From the NCBI GenBank assembly GCA_951406725.2, contig OX597817.1:123442001-123506000 (forward strand): a DNA stretch of 64,000 bases, read 5' to 3'. Below, piece after piece: positions 54,331-64,000 of this stretch. The stretch comes from Octopus vulgaris. Taxonomy: Eukaryota. How positions within the stretch are numbered: the first letter of the stretch is position 1; each line of letters begins with the position of its first letter. A model generated the notes under the pieces. That model was given only the letters and a program-made list of their open reading frames with translations. It ran no database searches and was not told where the DNA came from. The position numbers were made by a program, and so were the translations under genes.

Positions 54331-55084
54331 TTTGGTGTTATTCTCACTGATCTTATACTGATGACTCTCTATCCCAGGTAAATCATTAATTTTACTTTTT
54401 CAAAATCTGGCTGTAAAATATTTGTGTACGTTTTCTTTTCTGTTTTCTGTGTAGTTGTATTCAGTTTCAAAATTATCTTTAAAGGGTTATTGTCTCTATG
54501 TCTCGTAAGCACTTCGAGTGAATATACACAAAAGAAAACCAAAAGAGGAGAAGAAAAAAAAACTATGTTAAAATGCTTTGTTTCCATACTGGAGAACATC
54601 CGCACAACTATATTTCTCACCTCTATATTATCAGGTTTTCACTCTGATATTTCTGTATATGTGTACTGTCACTTTGTTTTTTTCTTTCATTGTGTCAATA
54701 TTTTTTCCATGTGTATCTTGTGACAAAGAAGCAATATTTTCAATTATTTTGTTACAAGTGTCTGCTTTTCAGTATTTTTTCCATGTTGTGGGCGTATATT
54801 TTTGTTGATGTTGTTCTTGCAGATGCCATTATTTGCAAATCTCTGAGGAGAAAAGCAAAGTATTAAAAACAATCCCCTTTCTTGTTTTGTTTTTGTTTTT
54901 TGTTTTTCTTTTCTCTTTTTTGGAGAAAATGAAATCAGAACTTCTTCAAAATGTCGTGTTTTGTATTAACCCAATTGAAAGAAAAATGTTTTTCATTTTC
55001 TTTGGTAACCGTTGGAATATATAGATTCTCGTAGCTATCATGTGCTACGAAGAAAAACGTCTCGACAAGACGACGGCGAACAGC

Positions 55085-55690
55085 AACAACAACAAGATGG
55101 GGAAAATTGAGAAAACTACTCGTAATGTGCGGATCATTTCACAGTGAGTGTGACATTGATAAGCTTTATCTAACCAAGCACAAAGGTATACGAGGATTAA
55201 TCAGCTATAAAAGTTGTATATGCTTAGAAGAAAATAGCTTTGAGTGGTATATCAAGAGTATCTCAAAACTCTTGCTCATTCAAGTGAGAATACCTGCTAA
55301 AGTCAGGGCCGATACTTGTGTGGATACATAGGAGTACAAAGAAAAGACGAAAGACTAAGGAAGACGAAAGAAAAGGGAATGGGAAAAATATGATCGGGCA
55401 GTTTGCAAGAGAAATGAGCAGGAATGCAGACGCCGAGACACCGTTGGAAGATTACAGGAGCTACAGAAGAGTGACTTCAAGCCAGACACAGAAGTGTTTA
55501 TCTATGAAGCACAGGAACAAGTACCCATGGAAAATTACACCAAATGTAGAATTGATACTGCAACAGAAAGGGAATTCTCAGCAAGAATCCTCAGATGAGT
55601 TTCCGAAATCTAAAGGAAGAATTTTTGCCAACAATTAGTGGACAGCTGAAATGTTCTTGTAATAGATTTTCAGTTGCTGTGTTAAACAAG
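55085..55690 (+). mobile_element. Old R4/Dong-like LINE 3' fragment
   Basis: RKLLVMCGSFHSECDIDKLYLTKHKGIRGLIS parallels RKLLSCNRMHHPKADVDRLYLPRAQGGRGLIQ of the young copy; MIGQFAR parallels LHGKYV. Confidence 0.8.
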
Positions 55691-55761
55691 ATGATGATGA
55701 TGATGAGGATCATGATGAAGATGATGTTGATGATGATGATGATGATGATGATGATAATGAT

Positions 55762-55803
<42 letters not shown>

Positions 55804-55871
55804 TATAATAATAATTATTATAATAATGATAATAATGATAATAATGATAATAATAATAAAAATAATAATTA

Positions 55872-55943
<72 letters not shown>
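55689..55943. repeat. (GAT)n + (AAT)n microsatellite, left target flank of the Dong element
   Basis: Direct reading of the sequence. Confidence 0.95.
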
Positions 55944-55944
<1 letters not shown>

Positions 55945-58900
55945 TAAAAGGAAAACTAAATCAGTATACCAAATCGCTTGTCCTATGGTTAATCTGGAAG
56001 CGCGTCCCCCAGGGAAGAGCCAGCCTGGGATCGAAAAGTCATCAACTGGCACAAACTCTTCTCCGAATACGGACATGGATGGTCACTTGAACGGGAAATC
56101 CCCCAACTCGAGCCCTCCAAGTTCACCACCACAACCACCACAGAAAGAAAAATGTAAGCGGAACAAATGGACCCGAGAAGAGTATAAAGAAGTAATATAC
56201 GCTTATTACTATGCATTAGGTAGGTCATCTCAAGAGAGACACACCGCAAACTCTTACAGTATATGGAGAACACGGAATCAAGACAGTAGGCCCTATTTGG
56301 ACGAGAACAAATTAGCAAATGTGAGGAGGGATATCCTTAGAAATAACAGACTCACAGACAGTGAAATAAGCGCGATCAAGCACGCAACGGAAAATGACAT
56401 AAATATAAGATACAAAGGAAATGAAGAATCAGATAAACAGTATAGCCCGCCACGAGGCTTAATTGAAAGACTGCCATCTGACCAAAGTACGCAAAGGCCT
56501 GAAGATACAAGAAATTCTATTGTACCTGTTAAAGATAGCCAGGAAAACGAAAAAACAACAGTAACTGAAGATCTCGCATTTGCTGAAGAACACAGAGAGT
56601 CTATGGCAGAAATGAGGCAGAAAATCCTGAATACGCTTGAAGTTGTAAGACATGCAAGTATGAATGATAGAGAACCACTTCATAAACTCTCAAATACAAA
56701 CCAAAATAAAAAACAAATCCAAATTGGCAACTATGTAACAAATGAAACAATACGAGAATTAAAACCTGATTTTACTGAGTTAAATGAAATTATTTACGCT
56801 TCTGCTAGGGCAATTGAAACCAGCTGTATGCCCCCGAAAAAACAAAGAAAACAAAACCTGGGAAGAAATCAAACCTGGAGAAGTAAAATTGAAAAAGAGA
56901 TTGAATTTATGAGAGGGGAAATATCAATATTAAATGAACTAATATGTGGAAATGATGTAAGATCCAGAACAGGAAGAAAGATGAAGAGAAAATTTGTATC
57001 CTCACCAAGAGAAGAACTGATATCAATAAAAGAAACGCTGAAACAAAAAGTCCAAGCAAAAGCCCAAAGAATACGAAGATTTGAGAAGAGAAACAAGTTT
57101 TACAAGCAAAATAAGCTGTTCACATCCAATGCCAAAAACTTCTACAGAGAAATAGGGAAGGAGAAAGTAACCGTTAAAGACCCCCTCCCATGGAAGAAGT
57201 TCAAAACTTTTGGAAAATGATTTGGAGTGACAAGAAGACGTACAACATAAATGCAGACTGGATTATACAAACTGAAGGATCCTACCAAAATTTACAACAA
57301 GCATGGGAAGACATCACAATAGCAGACCTAAGAAAGGCACTCACGAAGGCCCATAATTGGAAATCCCCCGGTAAAGATAGGGTGCCGAATTTCTGGCTCG
57401 CATCGCTCCCATGCGCACACGGTAAGCTAGTTCAGCTGCTCAATGGAATTATGAGAGACCCAAAGAAAACACCTGAATGGTTAGCAAGTGGCATTACTTA
57501 CCTACTCCCAAAGAATAACGAAACCAACCTTCCAAAAAACTATCGGCCTATAACCTGTCTATCCACCACGTATAAAATCCTAACATCTATCCTGGCGGAG
57601 AAAACATATGCATTCATGGAGAAGAACGATATTTTCCCCATTGAACAAAAAGGGTGCCGCCGAGGCTCTTACGGATGCAAAGATCAACTGCTAATCAATC
57701 GTATGATCCTTGAGAACTGTCACAACAAGCGCAGAAATCTCAGCACCGTATGGATTGACTACAAAAAGGCCTTCGACAGTATACCGCATCCATGGATCTT
57801 GAGATCGCTGGACATCTTCAAAATTTCCCCTGTGATTTCAAACTTCCTGAAGCACAATATGTCGTTGTGGAATACGAATCTCCAATTATACCACTCTAAT
57901 GGAGTACTTGCCTCAGAAAATATAAACATCAACTGTGGAATTTTTCAAGGTGACTCACTTTCACCTTTAATATTCTGCATAGCCCTAATACCCCTTACAA
58001 GTGAATTAAAGAGAACAGGGTATGGGTATAAAATTGCCAATAAAAAAATAAGCCACCTATTTTATATGGATGACTTAAAACTTTATGGTAAAGACAATAA
58101 TGAACTTGAAGGCCTATTGCGCACCGTGAAAGCATTCAGCGATGACACCGGGATGGAGTTTGGACTTGAGAAGTGTGCCAAGGCCACTTTCCAGAAAGGG
58201 AAAGTGAAGACCACAAATTCAGTCGTGTTAGATGTTGACACAGTCATAAGAGAGCTTGAGCAAGAACAAACATACAAATATTTAGGGATAAATGAAGGCT
58301 CTGGTATTCAGCATGCAAGCATGAAAGAGAAAATCAGGAAGGAATGTTATAGGAGAGTTCGTGCAGTCCTGAAATCTGAACTAAATGCACGTAACAAGGT
58401 GTTAGCTATAAATTCCTTAGCAGTTCCAGTTGTTACTTATAGCTACAATGTGTTGAACTGGAATATGAGTGAAGTAAAGAATATAGATAGAAAAATACGC
58501 AAGCTGCTGAGTTGTAATAGGATGCACCACCCAAAGGCAGACGTAGATCGCCTTTACCTTCCCAGAGCCCAAGGAGGTCGAGGCCTGATCCAATTTGAAC
58601 TAGCTTACAAAACAACCACAATTGGACTGGCCAAATATCTCGAAATATCGAATGACTGGATGCTAAAGCTCGTGGAAAATCACGAGACGAAAGAAGTTTC
58701 ATTCTATCATAAAGGAAAGCAAAAAATTTGCTATTGATCTCGTGCAGGATACCCAAACTGAACAACCCGAGGGAAGTACGGCAACTATTGTTGCAAAGAA
58801 GGTGAAAATGATGGCAATGAAAAAAGCGCACGAGCAATTGGCTGATAGGTGGGAGGAGAAACCTCTGCACGGCAAATATGTGACCCGCAGCAAACAAGCT

Positions 58901-59753
58901 GATGTTGACCAGAAGCAAACCCATCAGTGGCTACGGAGCTCAGGGCTAAAAGCAGAGAGCGAAGGTTTCATCCTGGCTGCTCAAGATCAAAGCCTATTAA
59001 CCCGGAACTACCAGGCCAATGTGATAAAAAATGGAGCAGACCCAAAATGCCGATTCTGCAACGACATGATTGAAACAGTGGACCACCTAATCTCTGGATG
59101 TAAAGTCTTAGCACCAGTGGAGTATAAATTAAGACATGACAGAGTTGGCCAATATCTCCACTGGCTAATAAGTCGGCATTACAATATCAAAACTGCCGAC
59201 AAGTGGTATAATCACCACCCTGAGGCTGTAACTGAAGGAGAAAATGTAACCATTCTGTGGGACTTTCCAGTACATACAGACCGAACCATCAAGGCCAATA
59301 AACCAGATATTGTTGTGAAAGACCAAAACAATAAAGTTTGCTTATTGATCGACATGAGCATCCCCTGTGATCATAATATCTCAGCGAAAGAGTTTGACAA
59401 GCTCAGAAAATATAAAGACCTACTCATTGAAATTGAGAAAATGTGGCATCTCAAGGCGGTTACAATACCAGTGATCGTAGGAGCACTAGGAATGATCAAG
59501 AAGGGAACCGAAAATTATATGAGAATGATCCCTGGCTTACCATCCCTGCAAGAAGTGCAAAAGATTGTCTTAACTGGTATATCACACGTATTGAGAAGAG
59601 CATTGTCGATGTGAGAACTGTTGCTGCTCATGTATTTTAATTTAACTTAAAAAAAAAAAAAAAATTAACGAACTACTGAGTTTGGTTTAATGGCCTACCA
59701 TTGTATACTATGAGTTTCTTTGCCCTAGGAGTCGGGAAAGAAGAAAAAAAAAG
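55944..59753 (+). mobile_element. Near-intact R4/Dong-clade non-LTR retrotransposon inserted in (TAA)n
   Basis: Single long coding region with RT, CCHC and RLE; short 3' UTR ending A-rich; (TAA)n on both sides. Confidence 0.95.
55985..59614 (+). CDS. R4/Dong polyprotein (~1200 aa: Myb-like N-terminus, RT, CCHC knuckle, PD-(D/E)xK-type endonuclease), two frameshifts
   Basis: RNKWTREEY; NYRPITCL; WIDYKKAFDS; GIFQGDSLSP; FYMDDLK; YKYLG; GGRGL; CRFC-x8-H-x4-C; RHD; KPDIVV..LIDMSIP; KLRKY. Frameshifts near 57185 and 58688; no other stops. Start codon is inferred. Confidence 0.92.
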
Positions 59754-59844
59754 TAATAATAATAATAATAATAATAATAATGATGATGATGATGATGATG
59801 AGGAGGAGGAGGAGGAGGATGATGAGGATGATGACGACGACGAC
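59754..59844. repeat. (AAT)n/(GAT)n/(GAG)n/(GAC)n microsatellite, right flank
   Basis: Direct reading of the sequence. Confidence 0.95.
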
Positions 59845-60770
59845 GAGAGCACTCAGAGAGCGCAAAGCTCTGCCAAGGTAACACCAATGTCCTCTCGACG
59901 ATCAGCAAAAGATGATTTTTTAAATGAGAATATCAGAAATAAACTCGACTGTTCTGACAAACGAGAATACGAAAAATAAACCCGACCGCTCTCAAAGATT
60001 TTTTTTAAAAAACACGGAAAAATAATCCAGAATCTGTATCCAATACCTGATCGATCCCAACAGTAGATATTTGGAATGTGAAGGTGGCTGTAGAATAAAT
60101 AATTTATAGTTTATCCTTATCTAATACAAGCCAAAGTTAACAAATTCACCATTCAAAATAGTTTCAAAAGCAGAGGTAATAATAGTAAGTTCTACTCAGG
60201 AATTTTTAAATGAATAGCACGAGACCTTTTGGCTTTCTTTTCTCTTAAATTCCAGCCTTCCTTTAATATTCCTGTTGTTTTAGATCGATGTGTAGATGTA
60301 TGTATATATGTAAGAATACTGTAAAGTGTTAGTATGTATGTATAACATATATATATTATAACAATATGTTAGTGCTATTTAATTTTGAACGGTTTTGCTG
60401 CTGTTTGTTTGTTTGTGTAGTTTGATTGCTTTATCCATCAGTTTCTACTAAGACAGAGATGTGAGTAAAATTAATAATAGAGAAACGAAAATAAAACTTT
60501 GGAAAGAGCCTAAAGGGAGATGATTGAGAAAGACTTGAAAGTTAACGTAAGTTTGTAATCATGTAAAGTAAATATAACAAATAATCCAGAATCCTTGTCC
60601 GATACCGGAGTTATCTCAAAATCTAATCAGTTCATGCCAATCACAAGGCCAAACATCCCTGAAAATTTCATTCGAATCTATCCAGCGGTCCTTGAGATAT
60701 CTTGTCCTCGGACAAACAAACAGACAAACACTGAAAAAAAATGCCTCCGCCTTAGCAAAGGCGGAGGTAA
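59845..60770 (-). mobile_element. Helentron-associated (HINE/DINE-1-like) non-autonomous element
   Basis: Minus 5' TTACCTCCGCC-TTTGCTAA-GGCGGAGG palindrome, then (GTTT/GTCT)n and core GATATCTCAAGGACCGCTGGATAGATT; 3' subterminal IR CCTTGGCAGAG and hairpin GCGCTCTCTGAGTGC. Confidence 0.7.
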
Positions 60771-60838
60771 TAATAATAATAATGATGATCATGATCATGA
60801 TCATGATCATGACGACGACGACGACGACGACGATGATG

Positions 60839-60870
<32 letters not shown>

Positions 60871-61042
60871 GATGAAGATGATAAAGAAGAAGAAGAAGAA
60901 GAAGAAGACAAAGAAGAAGAGGAAGAAGAAGACGAAGAAGAAGACGAAGAAGAAGAAGAAGAAGGCGAAGAAGAAGAAGAAGAAGAAGGCGAAGAAGAAG
61001 AAGAAGAAGAAGAAGAAGAAGAAGATGATGATGATCATGATC
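60768..61042. repeat. (AAT)/(GATCAT)/(GAC)/(GAT)/(GAA) compound microsatellite
   Basis: Direct reading of the sequence. Confidence 0.95.
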
Positions 61043-62565
61043 AAGTTCCCAAATTGGAAGAGACCAGGACTGGATGGGGTCCAAGGTTATTGAATGATGA
61101 AGCTGAGAAAGCTCCATGAAATGCTGGAGAATGTAATTGACAGCAGGGAAGCAAGTACTAAGAGAGGTGAAAAATCAAGACAGGAATCTTCCATGGGAAC
61201 AGTGTGTCCCCACTGATATTCGTGCTGGGAAGGATCCTCTTGAGTGAAATCCTACAGAAAACAAAGATGAGGTATGATCTGGGAAGCGGCAAGGGGAAAG
61301 TGAACCACTTATTATGCACAGACGACCTGACGCTATTCATAAAAAACTAATGCATAACTGGACAGCCTAGTCTATTCTGTGAGGATATTTCTCCAATGGT
61401 ATTACGATGGAGTTTGGACACTCAAAATGTGCTTCGATGATGATGAGATGAGGAAAGCTTGCTAGGACATATGTTTGGGAAGTGATGAAATGATTAAGGC
61501 AATTCAACCTCAATCCAGGTATAAATACCTGGGAATACTTGAGGCAGATGGAATCAAACAGCAGGACATGAATGAAAAGACAAAATGAGAATACCTGCGG
61601 CGAGTGAGAAAAATAATGATTTCAAAGCGAAATGCCAAAAACATAATTTCGGCAATAAACTCGCGCGCTGTCGCAGTAGTTCGGTATGTCGCTGGAATGA
61701 TGAAATGAACAGAGGAGGAACTAAAGGAGATGTAACGAAAGTAAAAAAAAACTCCTATCGATGCGTGGAGCCCATCATCCACGTTCAGACACTGATCGCC
61801 TATACATGAAGAAAGCAAATGGAGGAAGGGGACTGATAAGTGTGGAAGACTGCGTGCGCATCGAACTCGAGAACTCAATGAGATACCTAGCCTAAAGTAA
61901 GGAGACCTTGCTGTGACAGTTAGGAACGAGGGATAATTGAGGGCACAGAAAAAAAGAAAAACAAAGAAAGAAGTCCAAAAAGTCCATGAAGAAGAATTAC
62001 GCAAGGGACTACACAATCAATTCCATGAAGCCGCAACAGGAATTGCTGGAAAATATAGGTGGGATTGGCTGATGAAAAGAACCCTAAAACAGACTGACAG
62101 CACTATACTGGCACTGCAGGACCAGGCTTTGGTCAAGAACTGAAGGGTCAACCTTAGGGATGAGCAAGCGTCTCCGCTGTGTTGCATCTGCAATAGGGTG
62201 AATGAAACAATTGTATAAAAGATGTGCTACAGCAATTATTCTGCTCAATACCACAGAAACCATAGAGTGGATGAAACGAACGCCCTAGACTTGCCCAAAA
62301 CTGCTACAAGTTGTGGCGGCGCGACCAGGTAGCGAAAATACTCCATTGGAAACTGTACGAAAAGAGGGGGCTAAAGAGAAACAAGACATGGTATGAACAT
62401 AAACTGCAGAGAGTAACGGAGTCGGAGACTAGCAAAATCTGGGATTTTCCAGTCCAAACAGATCAGGTGCTAGAGCATAACAGACCGGACCTAGTGGTGG
62501 TGGACAAGGTGCTATATAGTTGAAGTTGCATGTCACTTTGACACACGAATAGGCAAGAAGGAAGG

Positions 62566-62638
<73 letters not shown>

Positions 62639-62643
62639 GGATG

Positions 62644-62700
<57 letters not shown>

Positions 62701-62701
62701 T

Positions 62702-62770
<69 letters not shown>

Positions 62771-62890
62771 GGAACCCTCTTAAGCACGAAATAGACCGGC
62801 TATGGAAAATGAAAAAGGTGAAGATAATGTCATTTATTGTTGGGTCCTTGGAAAGAGTATCAGAAGGCGTCAAGGGGAATATAAAGGAAA
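61043..62890 (+). mobile_element. Old, internally deleted R4/Dong-like LINE
   Basis: [92 protein letters not shown]; many stops; (GATA)n expansion at 62566-62770. Confidence 0.9.
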
Positions 62891-62894
62891 TTAT

Positions 62895-63110
62895 TCTTTT
62901 ATTGTTTTACTTCTTTCAGTCATTTGATGATAGTCAGGCTACAGTACCACCCTTTAGTCGAAGAAATTGACCCCAGGACTTATTCTCTGTAAGCCTGGTG
63001 CTTATTCGATCAATCTCTTCTGCTGCACAGCTAAGTTACAGGAACGCAAACACACCAGCATCGGTTGTCAAGTAATCGTGGTGGGGTACAAACATACACA
63101 CACATAAATA
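62895..63110 (-). mobile_element. SINE family B 3' half
   Basis: TTTCAGTCATTTGA...GACTTATTCT...AAACACACCAGCATCGGTTGTCAAG. Confidence 0.8.
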
Positions 63111-63137
63111 TATACATATAAACATACATACATGTGT

Positions 63138-63283
<146 letters not shown>

Positions 63284-63431
63284 GCGGCTATGGTTCAGAA
63301 TGTTTCAATTGAAAAACATACGAATGTATTAGTTTTTGTTTAAAAGGTGAAAATATTTCTGAAATACTCACCTAATATACAAGGACACAGTATATAGGAT
63401 ACGGTAATTAATTACATTGTAGGAAAGTAAA

Positions 63432-63996
63432 AAGGAAAGGGAAAAAAGAGAATTAATATTTTTGATTTTGTTCGACTCTATGAATTAAATTTTTTTTAAT
63501 GCTTTCGTCAATTGCTTGATCCAAGAAAAAAGAGATTGGAAATATCTTGACAAAAAAAAGAGAAATTGTTACTTCACAAAAAATATAGAAAGAGACAGTT
63601 TCATTTATTACCATCACGCGACACTTATTATCACACACACACGCACATACACATACATATACATTATTATATATAAATATATGTGTGTGTCTTTTAGTTT
63701 TTGTTTACTTATGCACATCAACAAATGAGCCAACTGAACAACTCTGTGTGGTTGTTCAATTTGCTAGAAATAACAGCCAAATTTCTTTCATACTATGCTC
63801 TTGTCGGTATTATTAATATATGTCAGTATTAAGGAAAGGCAAAAATAGAATAAAAACTTTTGATTTTGTTCGGCTCTATTAATCTAATTTTTATTTAAAT
63901 GCTTTCGTCAATTACTTTATACAAGAAAAAAGAAATTGGAAAAATCCTGACCAAAACAGAGAAATTGTAACTTAACAAAAAATATAGAAAGAGAAA
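63432..63996 (+). repeat. Diverged ~165-bp direct repeat, ~400-bp period
   Basis: TTTTGATTTTGTTCG..AATGCTTTCGTCAATT..AAAAAATATAGAAAGAGA at 63432-63597 and 63831-63996. Confidence 0.85.
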
Positions 63997-64000
63997 GAAA

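Noticed and set aside
55595-55984. Poly-Met/poly-Ile N-terminus of the 541-aa ORF
   Set aside because: Read-through of the flanking microsatellite, not part of the retrotransposon protein.
57180-57195. Programmed ribosomal frameshift in the Dong ORF
   Set aside because: R4-clade elements normally have one ORF and no canonical X XXY YYZ slippery site is evident; an indel is more parsimonious.
60595-61119. Acidic poly-D/E protein (also 59701-59979)
   Set aside because: Microsatellite open on both strands, joining HINE and LINE sequence.

Overview
AT-rich, repeat-dense eukaryotic (animal) intergenic/intronic DNA. The SINE families and microsatellite load resemble an octopod cephalopod; that is my inference from recalled repeat sequences, not a database result. 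I find no confident host gene, and most six-frame ORFs are microsatellite artefacts. The window is layered transposon debris: (1) a near-intact ~3.8 kb R4/Dong-clade non-LTR retrotransposon (RT + CCHC + restriction-like endonuclease, two frameshifts) in a (TAA)n tract, flanked by two older relatives; (2) two full-length Tc1 elements, one with DD36E spacing and one IR/DR type nested in a SINE; (3) Tigger/pogo, maT-like, hAT-MITE, Helitron and Helentron(HINE)-like elements; (4) Penelope, Tx1 and CR1-like LINE relics; (5) many tRNA-derived SINEs. The most unusual signal is nine type-I hammerhead-ribozyme-like motifs from several unrelated repeat families, in tandem (retrozyme-like), inverted and Penelope-pLTR arrangements. 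In two cases the repeat boundary lies at or near the predicted self-cleavage site. All motifs deviate from consensus, so activity is unproven. Relic coordinates are approximate.
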